The position numbers and the translations under genes are program-made. 64,000 nucleotides of DNA from contig SMSO01000025.1 in the NCBI GenBank assembly GCA_004764695.1, positions 2,170,001 to 2,234,000 on the forward strand, given 5' to 3'. A model generated the notes under the pieces. That model worked only from the letters and a program-made list of their open reading frames with translations. It was not told where the DNA came from and did not search any database. How positions within the stretch are numbered: the stretch's first letter is position 1; each line of letters opens with the position of its first letter. This document shows positions 25,314 through 35,992 of this stretch, piece after piece. This stretch comes from Schizochytrium sp. TIO01. Its lineage: Eukaryota; Protista; Bigyra: Labyrinthulomycetes.

Positions 25314-26822
25314 ATGCAATTCGCAGGAGCAACTGCTGGCGTGGTGTCTCAGGATGCTATTCCTGCTGCTCGACTTTCTTCGCCGCAAATCTTTGCTGAT
25401 GCTCCGGTAGAGATGCTCTTTGGCAAGGGCATTATGAGTGGCCAGCCGACAGAGCGTGGACTTTTTGCAACGCAAGATCTACCCGCCGGCTACGTTGTCT
25501 TTGAAGAAAAGCCGCTGGTGGCTGTGCAACTAAACAAGGCCGAATGTGCTGCTTGCGAGCACTGTTCGAAATTCCTCGGCAAACTTAGCAACGCCAAATC
25601 TCTTAGCGTCGATGTGGACCGCGCAGACCTGACTGAAATCGTGCCTTGTGATGGTCTCTGCGGAGAACTTTATTGCAGCGAGACATGTCGTGAGGCCTCT
25701 ATGGAGGCAGGTCATGAGCCTCTTTGCTCTGGGCGTTGTGAGAGCATGGAGGAGCCTTTGATTCACTTCAAGGTTCACGCAATGGAGACTCTTGATGCCT
25801 TCTTGCTTGCTGGTAAAGCATTCGCGCAGGTGCTCGCCAATGCGATGGTAGACTTTAAAAAGGAGGGTGTTCCTTGCTCTCCAGTATGGTACAACATTGA
25901 CCAGTTTGCACCTACCACGGGCACATTGGCAGACACTGAGGAGAACGATGATGAGCGAGCATTTCTTGAGTCGCTCTGCGAGACGTCTTATGATTTCCTC
26001 ATTGGAGCCTTCAAACATTACTTATTTCGCCAGGGTATGGATGCACAAGAAGGCGAGAATCTGTTGCGCAGTTTTACACTATACAGATATTCAAATCTTA
26101 TGCTTAAACTTCGACGCAACTCTTTTGGCATTTCAGTGCCCAACCCGCTAGTTGAGCACGTGTCAGACTCTCAGAAAACTCTTTCTGAAGAGGACCTAGA
26201 GACCTTGCTCGGTTCTTATGTCGAAGAGCTTCGCCAGGAGGAGCTCCACAATGATTGTGAAACCTGTGATAGTCATGAGGGCCATGACGACGACGAAGAC
26301 AAGCACAAGGGGTGTGCTCACGGTGATGACGAGGATTGTGATAGCGATTACCCTGAATATGAGGACGAGCTTAATTACAATGCCAAGGACTCTTCACTTG
26401 CCAAGTCTGACGCTAAGGATGCGCCGAAAAACCCTGGTCCTAAAGATTCAAACAGTGGCGCAAGCGATGACGATGATGACGACGATGACGATGACGATGA
26501 CGAAGAGCTCACTGTGCCTTTTGTGGTAGAGAACATTGAGGATTGGTTTGCACCGGTGGATGGCGAGGCCCTCTTCTCAGGTGCATGCGTCATTAACCAC
26601 TCAGCTCAGCCGAATATTCGCATCGAATACGTCGATTGCAACAAATGCCGGGCGGTAACCTTACGTGAGATCCCGTCAGGCACAGAGCTTGTTCATGATT
26701 ATGTCCGTTTTCTGTCAGCTAGCAACAGCGCTGCGTTTAATAACGATGTCAGCTTGGAGGATGCTGCTGAGGAGCGCAAGCATGTTATTGCACAATATGG
26801 TATTGAGGAATCATTTGAGTAG
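25314..26822 (+). CDS. SET and MYND domain (SMYD-like) lysine methyltransferase with long acidic insertion
   Basis: First ATG is 25314. Motifs: 'RGLFATQDLPAGYVVFEEKPLV'; MYND 'CEHC..CDGLCGELYCSETCR..HEPLC'; 'INHSAQPN'; 'TLREIPSGTELVHDY'; poly-Asp tract. Confidence 0.85.
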   Translation: MQFAGATAGVVSQDAIPAARLSSPQIFADAPVEMLFGKGIMSGQPTERGLFATQDLPAGYVVFEEKPLVAVQLNKAECAACEHCSKFLGKLSNAKSLSVDVDRADLTEIVPCDGLCGELYCSETCREASMEAGHEPLCSGRCESMEEPLIHFKVHAMETLDAFLLAGKAFAQVLANAMVDFKKEGVPCSPVWYNIDQFAPTTGTLADTEENDDERAFLESLCETSYDFLIGAFKHYLFRQGMDAQEGENLLRSFTLYRYSNLMLKLRRNSFGISVPNPLVEHVSDSQKTLSEEDLETLLGSYVEELRQEELHNDCETCDSHEGHDDDEDKHKGCAHGDDEDCDSDYPEYEDELNYNAKDSSLAKSDAKDAPKNPGPKDSNSGASDDDDDDDDDDDDEELTVPFVVENIEDWFAPVDGEALFSGACVINHSAQPNIRIEYVDCNKCRAVTLREIPSGTELVHDYVRFLSASNSAAFNNDVSLEDAAEERKHVIAQYGIEESFE

Positions 26823-27568
26823 AATCCCGCCCCTATAAAGTATCAGGGAACTCGCAAACTGATTTCTTGCAGAACAATAAAAACTTAGAATTTAAATTGT
26901 ATGTTTGTCTTGGCATCTTTTTAGTGGTTATAAAATATTCATTCTTCTTATCAGTTCGTTCAACAACGAGAGTAATTCATTAACCAACACAAGCGCTTCA
27001 GTCCAGAAAATGCAATGATCAAGAGAAGAAAACTTTCTCTTGTAGATTAATCTGACATTTCTAAACTAGATATCACAATACAAAGCAACACAGGCCCTTT
27101 TGAGGAATCGAAGCACGAAGTAAAAGGAAGCTTGGAAAGATGTTTTTTGTTTTGCCGAATGCTAGAAAGAAATAATTTTGCTTTGTATGTTTTTTTTTTT
27201 TTTGCAATGTTTTAGAAACTTCAATCAGAGAAGTGTGTGATAAGGGTCAACACCTGTAATTTTGAAAAGGAAGACAGGGCTGCGTACGGGGATTGAAATG
27301 TTGTAAATGTAGTTTGGTTTAAGGCAGACAGGAGAGATGCTGTTGCGCGCATATGCGTGTAAGTTTGTTCCAGGTAGTGGTGAGATAGAAATCAAGACAG
27401 AGAAGAAAAATATGGAGGAGGCAGTATTCTGCTTTATATCCATTACTAGAGGTTCAGCAAACACAAGCCCCGCCTCATACTAAAAGGGAAGCACGAGATC
27501 GCTATTCTTCATCATTTGCTTAAGATCTCGTTCTACTCGCCCACAACCCAGCCAGCAATCTATAGCTA

Positions 27569-28522
27569 TCACTGGTAAAGCTTAATAAGCTCATCTGAAA
27601 CAGCTGACGGCGTGAGCACGCCGAGGTCCGTGAACATGAGTGTGATATACTCCGGCGCCGTGTAGTCAGAAGTTACTGACGTCACCGGTTCGCTCTTAGG
27701 CGCTGGCGATGGCAATTCCTGTGCACCCCTGGTATCCACACCGCCTCCGCCGACTTCCATAAGTTCCTTCTGCGCCAGGGGAAACACTCTGCTAAATTTA
27801 AAGCTCTCCGCAGCCACATAAACCGGCTTATCGTGTGCTTTCGCCACCACCGCTAGCGGCATCGTTCCCACGTGATTAATGAGCCCGCCATTCTCAGTAA
27901 GGCCCTCCGCACCCAAGATAACAGTATCTACGCGTTCCATGAAATATCCAACAGCAGCATCTTCAACAAGGAGCGTGGGCACCCCAATCTGTGCGAGACG
28001 GTCAACGATGCGAGGTCCATCTCCACCAGAGAAGGTGACAAAGACGTCAAAGTTACGGCCCTGTGCAGCAGCTCTGCGAAGCACCTCCATGACGGCGCGA
28101 GAGTAGCCATGAATCATGACAACAGAACCGTTTTTGATGAATTTCCATCCAAAAGATGCAAGGCGATCGCGGCTGTGAACAAGGCGCTCCGCAAAAATCT
28201 CTCCACGTTGAACGAGAACTGTTTTTACTTGGTCAAAAGAAACACCAACGGGGAATTCGGTGGCACTGCGAGTGACATAGTTAATAAAGACCTCACATGC
28301 GGCATTGACGGGAACGAACATTCGCGGACCTCCTGACTCGCGGATAGAGTCGCGAACAGCATCAGCGGCGGCTCGAAGCTCATCACCAAGACCCATGATG
28401 GTGCTGGCACGGGTGGCGCGGAGAACGCCAACGAGAGCTCGGATGGCGGCGACAGCCTCGGACTCATCAGAGTCCGAGCTGCGAGCATTGTCAAAGGCGG
28501 CGACGACCTCTGCGGAAACCAT
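27569..28522 (-). CDS. EIF2B1: Translation initiation factor eIF2B subunit alpha
   Basis: Motifs: 'AVAAIRAL', 'FIKNGSVVMIHGYSRAV', 'DAAVGYFMERVDTVILGAEGLTENGGLINHVGT', 'KPVYVAAESFKFSRVFPL', 'DYTAPEYITLMFTDLGVLTPSAVSDELIKLY'. Confidence 0.95.
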   Translation of the reverse strand: MVSAEVVAAFDNARSSDSDESEAVAAIRALVGVLRATRASTIMGLGDELRAAADAVRDSIRESGGPRMFVPVNAACEVFINYVTRSATEFPVGVSFDQVKTVLVQRGEIFAERLVHSRDRLASFGWKFIKNGSVVMIHGYSRAVMEVLRRAAAQGRNFDVFVTFSGGDGPRIVDRLAQIGVPTLLVEDAAVGYFMERVDTVILGAEGLTENGGLINHVGTMPLAVVAKAHDKPVYVAAESFKFSRVFPLAQKELMEVGGGGVDTRGAQELPSPAPKSEPVTSVTSDYTAPEYITLMFTDLGVLTPSAVSDELIKLYQ

Positions 28523-29464
28523 CGTGGATGAAACCTGAGCAGATGAGGCGGAAGCAGCGAGACGAGTTTGGGCTGATTGCTCCGCAAACTATTGTCAATC
28601 AAACTTCTCTTCTTTTTATTTAGCACATCATAAAGGTCTTATCATGTCATATAATAGTAGTAGAGATGCTACGAGTGGTTGATGATATAGAAAATGTAGA
28701 GAAAGGGAAACAATGGTAAGTGGCCGTAGCAAGGTCTACCCACCTACCTAGAAGAAACTGATTATTATTATTTTTTTAAGTTGACCATTCGTAATTCTGA
28801 GTTTTGGAAACCAAGATACACCTCTATGCGATATGGAGACAATCATCCCAGCAATTTTTTAATTTATTACAGGAGCGGATGCTCGAACGTGACCATAGGT
28901 ATTGAATTTCTGACTTTTCTTTGAGTATCAATATGTCCTATCGAGTAGTGATTTTTAGAGCCAGGTCCTAATCGGTGCGTGGTGAACATGGGACTTGGCA
29001 ATTATTGACGGAGGCATATAGAGATACAGTTGCAATGGAACTGGTGTAACTGAGTGGAGACAAGCAAGGTGTTTGAATTTGACACAAAATGGCAACGGAG
29101 CAAGAAGAAATCAAAAGGTATGTGCCTTTGCAGTTATATTTTTTTCATTAATTCAGTCCATGAAGAGATCAAGCAAGAAAGACCAAATTAAAAACAAACT
29201 ATCTCGATTCGGACCCTATACTTTTTATTTTGAAAATATCATGATACGCATACCCTCAAGAATTTGCCATGCCGCAGGCGTATGAATATATCGTCGTGTT
29301 TGGGAGGATGCCAAGGAGCGACGGGTTAGAGTAAACGTACCTTTGCTTTGGGTATTGATTTTCTTAAGGGAATGCGTGTGATCAGGAAGGTAGTATAGGG
29401 CAGTAAACCGATTCCATGAGCCTCGCTGCCAATGTGAACAGAGCCTCTTCAAAGCCAACCAGAT

Positions 29465-31834
29465 TCATGAGCCAGCCTCTCCAGTTGTATCACCATCCAG
29501 GGCAGGCCAGGTGTAAGCCTTTAAAAACCCAGGAAGAGAAGCCTTTGTATCAACTAACGAAGAGTCCTGAGCAATGTAGCAGACATCAGGGTTTCTAACA
29601 ACTAGTCTTTGCCAAGCTTCCTGATCTTCAGGGTGATCTTCACGAATCATAAGCTGAGAACGAAGCGTTGACACTGCCAGCGAGGGGCGGAATGCTTGAC
29701 ATATAACGCGCAAAGCTTTATAGCGAACATAATCAACGATCAAGTCCATCAGTAAACCACTCATCTCAGTAGCATGCTTGTACAAACGGAAAAAAGTTGC
29801 GTAAAGGCCATGCTCACAAGCATCAAATACCGCCAGGGCATGTCGTACAGTGCGTGATACGCGAACATGGTGAGGCATAAATGACAAAAGGGTGACCATT
29901 TCAGCACTAGCATTATCATACTTCTGCTTCACATATAGACGATAAAGAACGCTGCACGCTGCGAATTCCTCACGCGAAGCAGTAGATCCAACCTCTGTTT
30001 CCCGATACAAGTCCTGCAGTTGCGTAAGACAGCGATTGAATTCTTTCATGTCAGTTTGGCGCAAGGCAATACGCGCATGAGTTTCATACGCAAGAGCAGT
30101 AAACTCGCTCTGGATCCCTTGAATTTGAAGATCCTGACGAATTGATTTTAGCTGATTGCAAGTCCAAAGGTATGTTACTGATGTATTATCTTTTCTCTTT
30201 TGAGACTTTCGCGTTTTGGTTCTGCTCTTGTTATGTGGGCTTTCCTTCCACCGACCCAACACCATTTTCAGGGCCTTCTTTAACACCGGCTCCGGTCGCA
30301 CAGATCCTGGATCAGGAACCGAAGTTAAGCGCAAAAAGTCCTTCTCAAGCGTTTGACAAGTTCCTTTAATAGAGAATTGAGAAAGATCTATTTCCACCCC
30401 CATATCTTCTGCTTCACGCATCGCTGCAGCAACCCGCCGAGCCTCATTGCCTGCTGCATAAGGATCATAGCGATGCGTCGGGGTCAGACCTTTGCTATTT
30501 GATTCATTCTGAAAGCGAGCAGCACGTCGTTGCTTTGCTTCGTGAGAAGAATACGACCCACCTCCTCTCCCTCCATCTCCGCCTACTCTTCCCTCGCCAC
30601 TATTATGCCTGTTACTGTTGTTATAGCTGTTGTTTTTGAAGTTTCCTCTGAAATTGCCATTCCCATCTCCATTTCCACGCACATTGACAGAGTTTGCGCC
30701 CTTTGGCGAAAATGAGCGCTGCTCTGGGTTCTGCTGCTGCCAAGCATTCCAGGTAGACTGTTGCTGTCTCGGCTGGAATGGTGTGCTTTCAATTGTAGAA
30801 CCTGTGTCATTCGACCATGTCTTTGTCTGTTCCTTGCCCGAGCCTGCGCTCTCTCGAAGCGCACTTGAAAATTGCTGCCAACCGCCTTGACTCTGTTGCC
30901 ACTGTTGCTGTTGCTGTTGCTGTTGTTGCTGCTGTTGCTGCTGCTGTTGTTGTTGTTGCTGCTGCTGTTGTTGTTGTTGCTCTTGCGGCTGGTTGGCAGC
31001 AACATCCCACTTGCGCTTTTTCCGAGGCGAAGGTGAGGGCAGGTGACTTCGTTGCCCCTCTGGGGGTTGCGCAGAATTGCTTTCTGGTCCTTTGGGGTGG
31101 TATTGGCCAGTCGTAGCTTTCTTAGCTTGCGAACTCACAGTTGCATCGGGGGCAATCAAAGGCTCTTTATCCCAGTTCCATGACCAAAGCGCTCCGCGAG
31201 ACATTGTATACTCGATCCTGGTTTTCAAGTGACGATCTACACTAGATTTCTCTGCTTCATTCTTACACTTTGCATAAACTCTCTTAATATAGCTCTTGAG
31301 CGACGGAGGCCACCCAGTTCCAGACGAAGCCGACGACGCCTCTGTTTCTTGGCCACCCTTCGCTGCACTTTGCCGAGATGCATCGCTAGCAGCGATTTGC
31401 TCTTGGATGTGGTGCGGCACAGGCTGGCCCATTCGCGTGTAGTACTCAGCCCACGCTCGGCACTTCTCGTAGTATTCGTCCCATTGCTTCTTCAAGTCAG
31501 CTTCCTGAACTGCAGATCCAACTGAGTTCTGTTGGAGAGTTGATTGTTGTTGTTGTTGTTGTTGAATTGGTGGGTTTTGATGATGATGATGAGTTTGATG
31601 GTTCTGATGATTATTCTGAGGATACCCGCTCTGGCCTTGCCAGCCTCCACCATATTGCTGCTGCTGCTGCTGTTGCTCATAGCCATGGTATCTGTTTGCA
31701 GGGTTCTGCTGCGGGTACCCCTGATGCGGGTAATACGGGTTAGTTCCATACGGTGCGTGCGCCGCCGAGGTGCCAAGTTGCTGTGGCGGCGGCGCATCGT
31801 TGTGGGGTGGATGGCTTTGTGGCGGATGCCACAT
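29465..31834 (-). CDS. LENG8: SAC3/GANP/THP3-family protein (LENG8/THP3-like) with Q/H/G-rich low-complexity N-terminus
   Basis: Motifs: 'WPPSLKSYIKRVY', 'WNWDKEPL', 'IKGTCQTLEKDFLRLTSVPDPGSVRPEPVLKKAL', 'NQLKSIRQDLQIQGI..YETHARIAL..EFNRC'; poly-Q tracts. Confidence 0.88.
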   Translation of the reverse strand: MWHPPQSHPPHNDAPPPQQLGTSAAHAPYGTNPYYPHQGYPQQNPANRYHGYEQQQQQQQYGGGWQGQSGYPQNNHQNHQTHHHHQNPPIQQQQQQQSTLQQNSVGSAVQEADLKKQWDEYYEKCRAWAEYYTRMGQPVPHHIQEQIAASDASRQSAAKGGQETEASSASSGTGWPPSLKSYIKRVYAKCKNEAEKSSVDRHLKTRIEYTMSRGALWSWNWDKEPLIAPDATVSSQAKKATTGQYHPKGPESNSAQPPEGQRSHLPSPSPRKKRKWDVAANQPQEQQQQQQQQQQQQQQQQQQQQQQQQQQWQQSQGGWQQFSSALRESAGSGKEQTKTWSNDTGSTIESTPFQPRQQQSTWNAWQQQNPEQRSFSPKGANSVNVRGNGDGNGNFRGNFKNNSYNNSNRHNSGEGRVGGDGGRGGGSYSSHEAKQRRAARFQNESNSKGLTPTHRYDPYAAGNEARRVAAAMREAEDMGVEIDLSQFSIKGTCQTLEKDFLRLTSVPDPGSVRPEPVLKKALKMVLGRWKESPHNKSRTKTRKSQKRKDNTSVTYLWTCNQLKSIRQDLQIQGIQSEFTALAYETHARIALRQTDMKEFNRCLTQLQDLYRETEVGSTASREEFAACSVLYRLYVKQKYDNASAEMVTLLSFMPHHVRVSRTVRHALAVFDACEHGLYATFFRLYKHATEMSGLLMDLIVDYVRYKALRVICQAFRPSLAVSTLRSQLMIREDHPEDQEAWQRLVVRNPDVCYIAQDSSLVDTKASLPGFLKAYTWPALDGDTTGEAGS

Positions 31835-32568
31835 GGTCGCAAGCTGGCAGGCAGAACAACAAATGAAGTGCTGCCACCCAACGACCCAAGCTCCGCAAAC
31901 GAAGAGCGGAGAATAAAAGGGAAAACGATAACAAGATTAGGCCTCCTTGGCTGCCCAGTGCGCCAAACCTGGACCCTTCCCTCGTCAGCGAAGGAGAATG
32001 AGCACTTAGCCTGCTTTGTTTGGGCTTATGATCTATGATCGTTGTCTTTCTTTCCTCTCATCATTATTTAGGAATGGCATGAGAAAACCCAAAGCGAAAA
32101 TAGAGATTCCTGGAACGTTCCACAATCCATTCATTTGCAGGTACGTACCAGTAGTAGTTGCATTAAGCAACTGTAATAATAAGCAGAAAAGCGCGGTTAC
32201 TCAACCTCCTAGGACAGCATCGTAGATTCACTTGATAAAGCTTCCTTAATCCCTCAACTTTTGCGAAGCAACGGCCTGAGGATAGCATGATATCAAGACG
32301 TACGCCTTCTTTTATTCTATGTGCATGACACATGTAGCATCTTTCGATACTGATGCAACTCTGTGAAACGAATTCTTCAGCACCTAGCTCATTTTCTACG
32401 CACTTTTCTTATCCCCTGATCTCAAATCAGGGTTTCAATTTGCTGCCCGCACATGCTTGCTTCCTTAATAAACAAACATTAAGACTGCTTCTGACCAAAC
32501 GAAATGGAATAGAATTGTGGGCCTGAATGAGAAAGAAACGAAACAACGTAAGCCCTCAAGATATATTC

Positions 32569-32576
32569 TTATCTCA

Positions 32577-32607
<31 letters not shown>

Positions 32608-32620
32608 GAGAGAGAGATAA
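32569..32620. repeat. Self-complementary compound microsatellite TTATCTC..(CT)n(AT)n(AG)n..GAGATAA
   Basis: Read directly; the arms are reverse complements around the AT core. Confidence 0.85.
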
Positions 32621-32940
32621 GTCTAGTCCTGCAGACAGTGCGCGTGATCGCTTTAAACAGATTGAAGTTTAATTTTTAAGATTCTGAATATCGCAGCGAA
32701 CGGTGCTAAGCAGAGGATTTAAAGATATTAGTAAGGCAAATAGTACGTGTGAGACAGGATCAAGAAATAAAGTAAGAATGTTATATGTAGTAGCTGGTAT
32801 GATTATATGAGAAGAAACAAACGAGGAGCAGATACTCAGCGTATAATATATTTTGAGCACTTACTCAACATCCAGAGTGAAAGCTGCACTTGGGATACAG
32901 CGTAATTCTTTGAATTCCAAACCAAATCAGGCAGCAAAAA

Positions 32941-34185
32941 TTACATGCGCTTCGAGATGAGACCCTGGAAAAAGTCAAATCGATTTCCGTCAGGGTAGAG
33001 CTCGAATCGCAGTGATGCATCCGACGCATCGCGGGCTACCAGGCATCCTCCAGACGCAGGCGAGATCCCCTCAATAATAACCTTGCGCCCCCCCTCATCC
33101 TGAAGTGTTACCTCCTGGCCATTATGAAGCCACGCCCTCTCATAAGCATCCTGCAGGCGCCGCGTGAAGCCTTCTCTTTCGAACTCTTCGTGCAAGGCAT
33201 CGTACTTTTCTAAGATTCTTGCAAGAACCTGTTCTCTAGATACTCGCGGTCCCTTACCAATTGCGTTAAGGCACGTCGTGGGTTCTTCATTGTCCACGTT
33301 CAGGCCCATGCCAATACAGACCTTAAACTTGCCTCCAATGCTCACAGACTGACACAAGATGCCTCCGATCTTTGTAGACCTATCTGCGTAGATATCGTTT
33401 GGCCATTTGATTCCAACATTGGCATCCTCGAAGCCCTCAAAAGACTTGATGGCATCCACGATTGCCACGCAAACCAAATATTGCACGAGTGGCAACGTAC
33501 GACCCTCGCGAACAGAGCTGAGGAAGGTCACAAGCAAACACCCTGGAGGACTCGTCCACTGATTCGAGCCCCGTCCCTTTCCTGATGTCTGTACGTCTGT
33601 GACGCAAACCGTTCCTTCGGGCATTGCCAAGCCGTGTTCGTAAAGCGAAATTTGCGTGGATTTGAGCACATGTCCATATAAAAGAGTCTTGCCGTAGACC
33701 TCGGATGAGCAAAACCCTGGTGAAAGAAATCGGTCTACGTCAAAAACAAGCGCATCGGCAGGCAGTTTAGCGGCATCAGGATTGCCTTTGAAGTTCTCCT
33801 GAGCAGCGGCACGCCACGCCGCTTGCTGGCCAGAGGCTCGCCAAGCAAGAAGACTCTCGTACGCGTGGACGTCCTCAGGGCCACGGTATAGTTCTCTGAG
33901 CGCCTTGTGAGATCCAGGTACGGTGCTGGAAGTAGCGACGATGAGGTCCATCCGGTTAGGGGTAGAGGAGGACGCGCTATCCACATCCATCGACGAGGTC
34001 ATGGCGGCCATTATGGAGCTTGAAGACGGCGGTGGCGGAGAAGAGACCCAAGGAGCGAAACTAGAAGCCGCCTGGAGAGCTTCGAGAACTGCCTGGGGCC
34101 TCGGTGAGGAGCGAGCGCGTCTCCACGCGAGCCTTTGCATCGGTCTGCCGCCTGGACTTCGCCAAGGTCGAAGAAGAGGTCCCAT
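32941..34185 (-). CDS. HLCS: Biotin--protein ligase (holocarboxylase synthetase); alternative start at 34011
   Basis: Motifs: 'LKSTQ', 'TDVQTSGKGRGSNQWTSPPGCL', 'PLVQYLV', 'IKWPNDIY..KIGGIL', 'IGMGLNVDNEEPTTCLN', 'WLHNGQEV', 'LYPDGNRFDFFQGLI'. Confidence 0.93.
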   Translation of the reverse strand: MGPLLRPWRSPGGRPMQRLAWRRARSSPRPQAVLEALQAASSFAPWVSSPPPPSSSSIMAAMTSSMDVDSASSSTPNRMDLIVATSSTVPGSHKALRELYRGPEDVHAYESLLAWRASGQQAAWRAAAQENFKGNPDAAKLPADALVFDVDRFLSPGFCSSEVYGKTLLYGHVLKSTQISLYEHGLAMPEGTVCVTDVQTSGKGRGSNQWTSPPGCLLVTFLSSVREGRTLPLVQYLVCVAIVDAIKSFEGFEDANVGIKWPNDIYADRSTKIGGILCQSVSIGGKFKVCIGMGLNVDNEEPTTCLNAIGKGPRVSREQVLARILEKYDALHEEFEREGFTRRLQDAYERAWLHNGQEVTLQDEGGRKVIIEGISPASGGCLVARDASDASLRFELYPDGNRFDFFQGLISKRM

Positions 34186-34193
34186 GAGTCCAT
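34011..34193 (-). promoter_or_regulatory. Out-of-frame overlapping uORF (60 aa) whose TAA stop overlaps the downstream in-frame ATG of the biotin ligase (TAATG)
   Basis: ATG at 34193 (ATCATGG context) lies 8 nt upstream of ATG 34185. Its stop at 34013-34011 shares an A with ATG 34011-34009. A regulatory role is inferred. Confidence 0.45.
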
Positions 34194-35992
34194 GATCCTT
34201 TTCTTTCTTTTCTTTCTTTCCTTTCTTTTCTTCTTTCTTTACTCATCTTCAAAGGCCAAATTAATTGAACATTGTCAGTAGAAGTAGTAGGGAGGCAGTA
34301 GTAGCTCTATTAGCCACTAGGCCGACCTACCTTCTCAGTAGTAAGTAAGTAAATAAGTAAGTAAGTACACTATCAAAAGGTCGTAGTTCTTCTTATCAGC
34401 TGCAGCAATGCTATAGGTATGTATACTTGAAGGACCTTCTAGTTCTCTCATGACTTTATGTGGGGGGAAGAAAGCATTGCACAGATTGAGGAGAAGGACC
34501 CAATTGTGTTCGACTTTGACAAGAAAGAAACGACCTTTGCCAAGCACATATCATAGAGCTCTGGGAGGCTCTGATGAGATAATAGATTACTGTGGCGATT
34601 GACGTTTTCTCCAAGACGGTATACCTACCGAATGTTCTACCTAGTTTCAGAAACGAAGATGGATAGTACCGATTGAGCAGAAGATGGAGCGCGAATTGTT
34701 TGGTTCTGGACATCTTGTGAAATCGTGATTTAGTTTTCAGGGAAATGAGTCTTTTTCTTTGGAGGGGAATATTACACGATCATAAAGACTCGTTGCGTTT
34801 AACAGGGTGGAGCCTTGCTGCACATGTGTACAGACAGCAGCTCTTGGGTGGCTTCTTCTATCAAATTAGCGTCATCCTCCACATTTGCATTTCCTGTCCC
34901 AAAGTCCTTCGCAGTGACAAATGTGTTCATAGAACAACATGAACTAGCTGAGAGCTTCCACTGGCGAAGACATTGGGAGACCCCAAGTGGAAGAGCAACT
35001 TTACTCGCTCAGGTTTCAAGATATGCATTGATCCTAGACTAATGAAATTCAGAAGTGAAGCAAGCAGGCTCAGCCATTGCTTAAGGCAGATTCTGGTGTC
35101 ATTCAGTGAGCTGTCTGTTTTGGTATTACCTATGTCCCTATGGTGTCTCACCCAGAAAGTGCTCTTGACCCAGTCCAAATGCTAATTGATGCTGAGCTTC
35201 TTTCTCTTCGTTCTCAATACAGTCTCCGCAATTACAGGTAACAATATCAATTAAGAGGGAATCTCTTTGATACTTGAGGGTCTAAAGTGTGTGGAAAAGC
35301 ACAACCAACTCTACTATGAAGGCCTGGCAAGTTGCCAAAACCTACTCTAGAGGCACGAGCACAGGCTTCTGAGCGTGCTCACTGGCTTCCCCTTAATTTG
35401 GAGCTTGCTATCATTTATAGGTAGTTCCGCAGAACTTGTTGTAGATCAAAGCGAACTTGAAGTGAGGATGAAGTGCTTTCAGAGGGTGTGAGCAAAGCTT
35501 TAGCTTTGCTAAAGTTCAAGCTGCGTAATACTCTACTAGAGACAGTGCACGATTTTTTGACCACTGCATGGGTAAGACCTCAGGCGAAAGCGAGCTTGGG
35601 CGATTGATTCTCTCGATTATTGTTTGTTCCTTGGAAACTTTTTACTTGAAAATGTTCTTACTTTCACTTAGATATGGTCTTAGGCAATAGTAGCTAGCTA
35701 GTAAATATGGTATGGGTAGAACGAAGGTGAAGCTAAGACCAGCGGGTCTTTTGGTGATCATTAGGCGGTCGAGGATCTCACGAATCCAATCCCCAAACCC
35801 AAATCCTCAAACCCAAACTCTACGACGAGTCGTGCAGGGCTTCAAGAAGGTCGGGTTTCGAAGAACAGCCTCATTGAAGGGGGCTGAGTAGAAGTGTGGA
35901 TAGCCGGCTTGCTTACTTGGTTGTTTACTTTTTTTCGTTTGTTGTTGCAAGATCCTAGCAACGCAGGAGCTTGAGGATTGTGAAGCTCGAAG

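Noticed and set aside
34450-35600. Possible gene or pseudogene between the biotin ligase and the 375-aa ORF
   Set aside because: Only short stop-interrupted frames; no consistent splice model or motif found.
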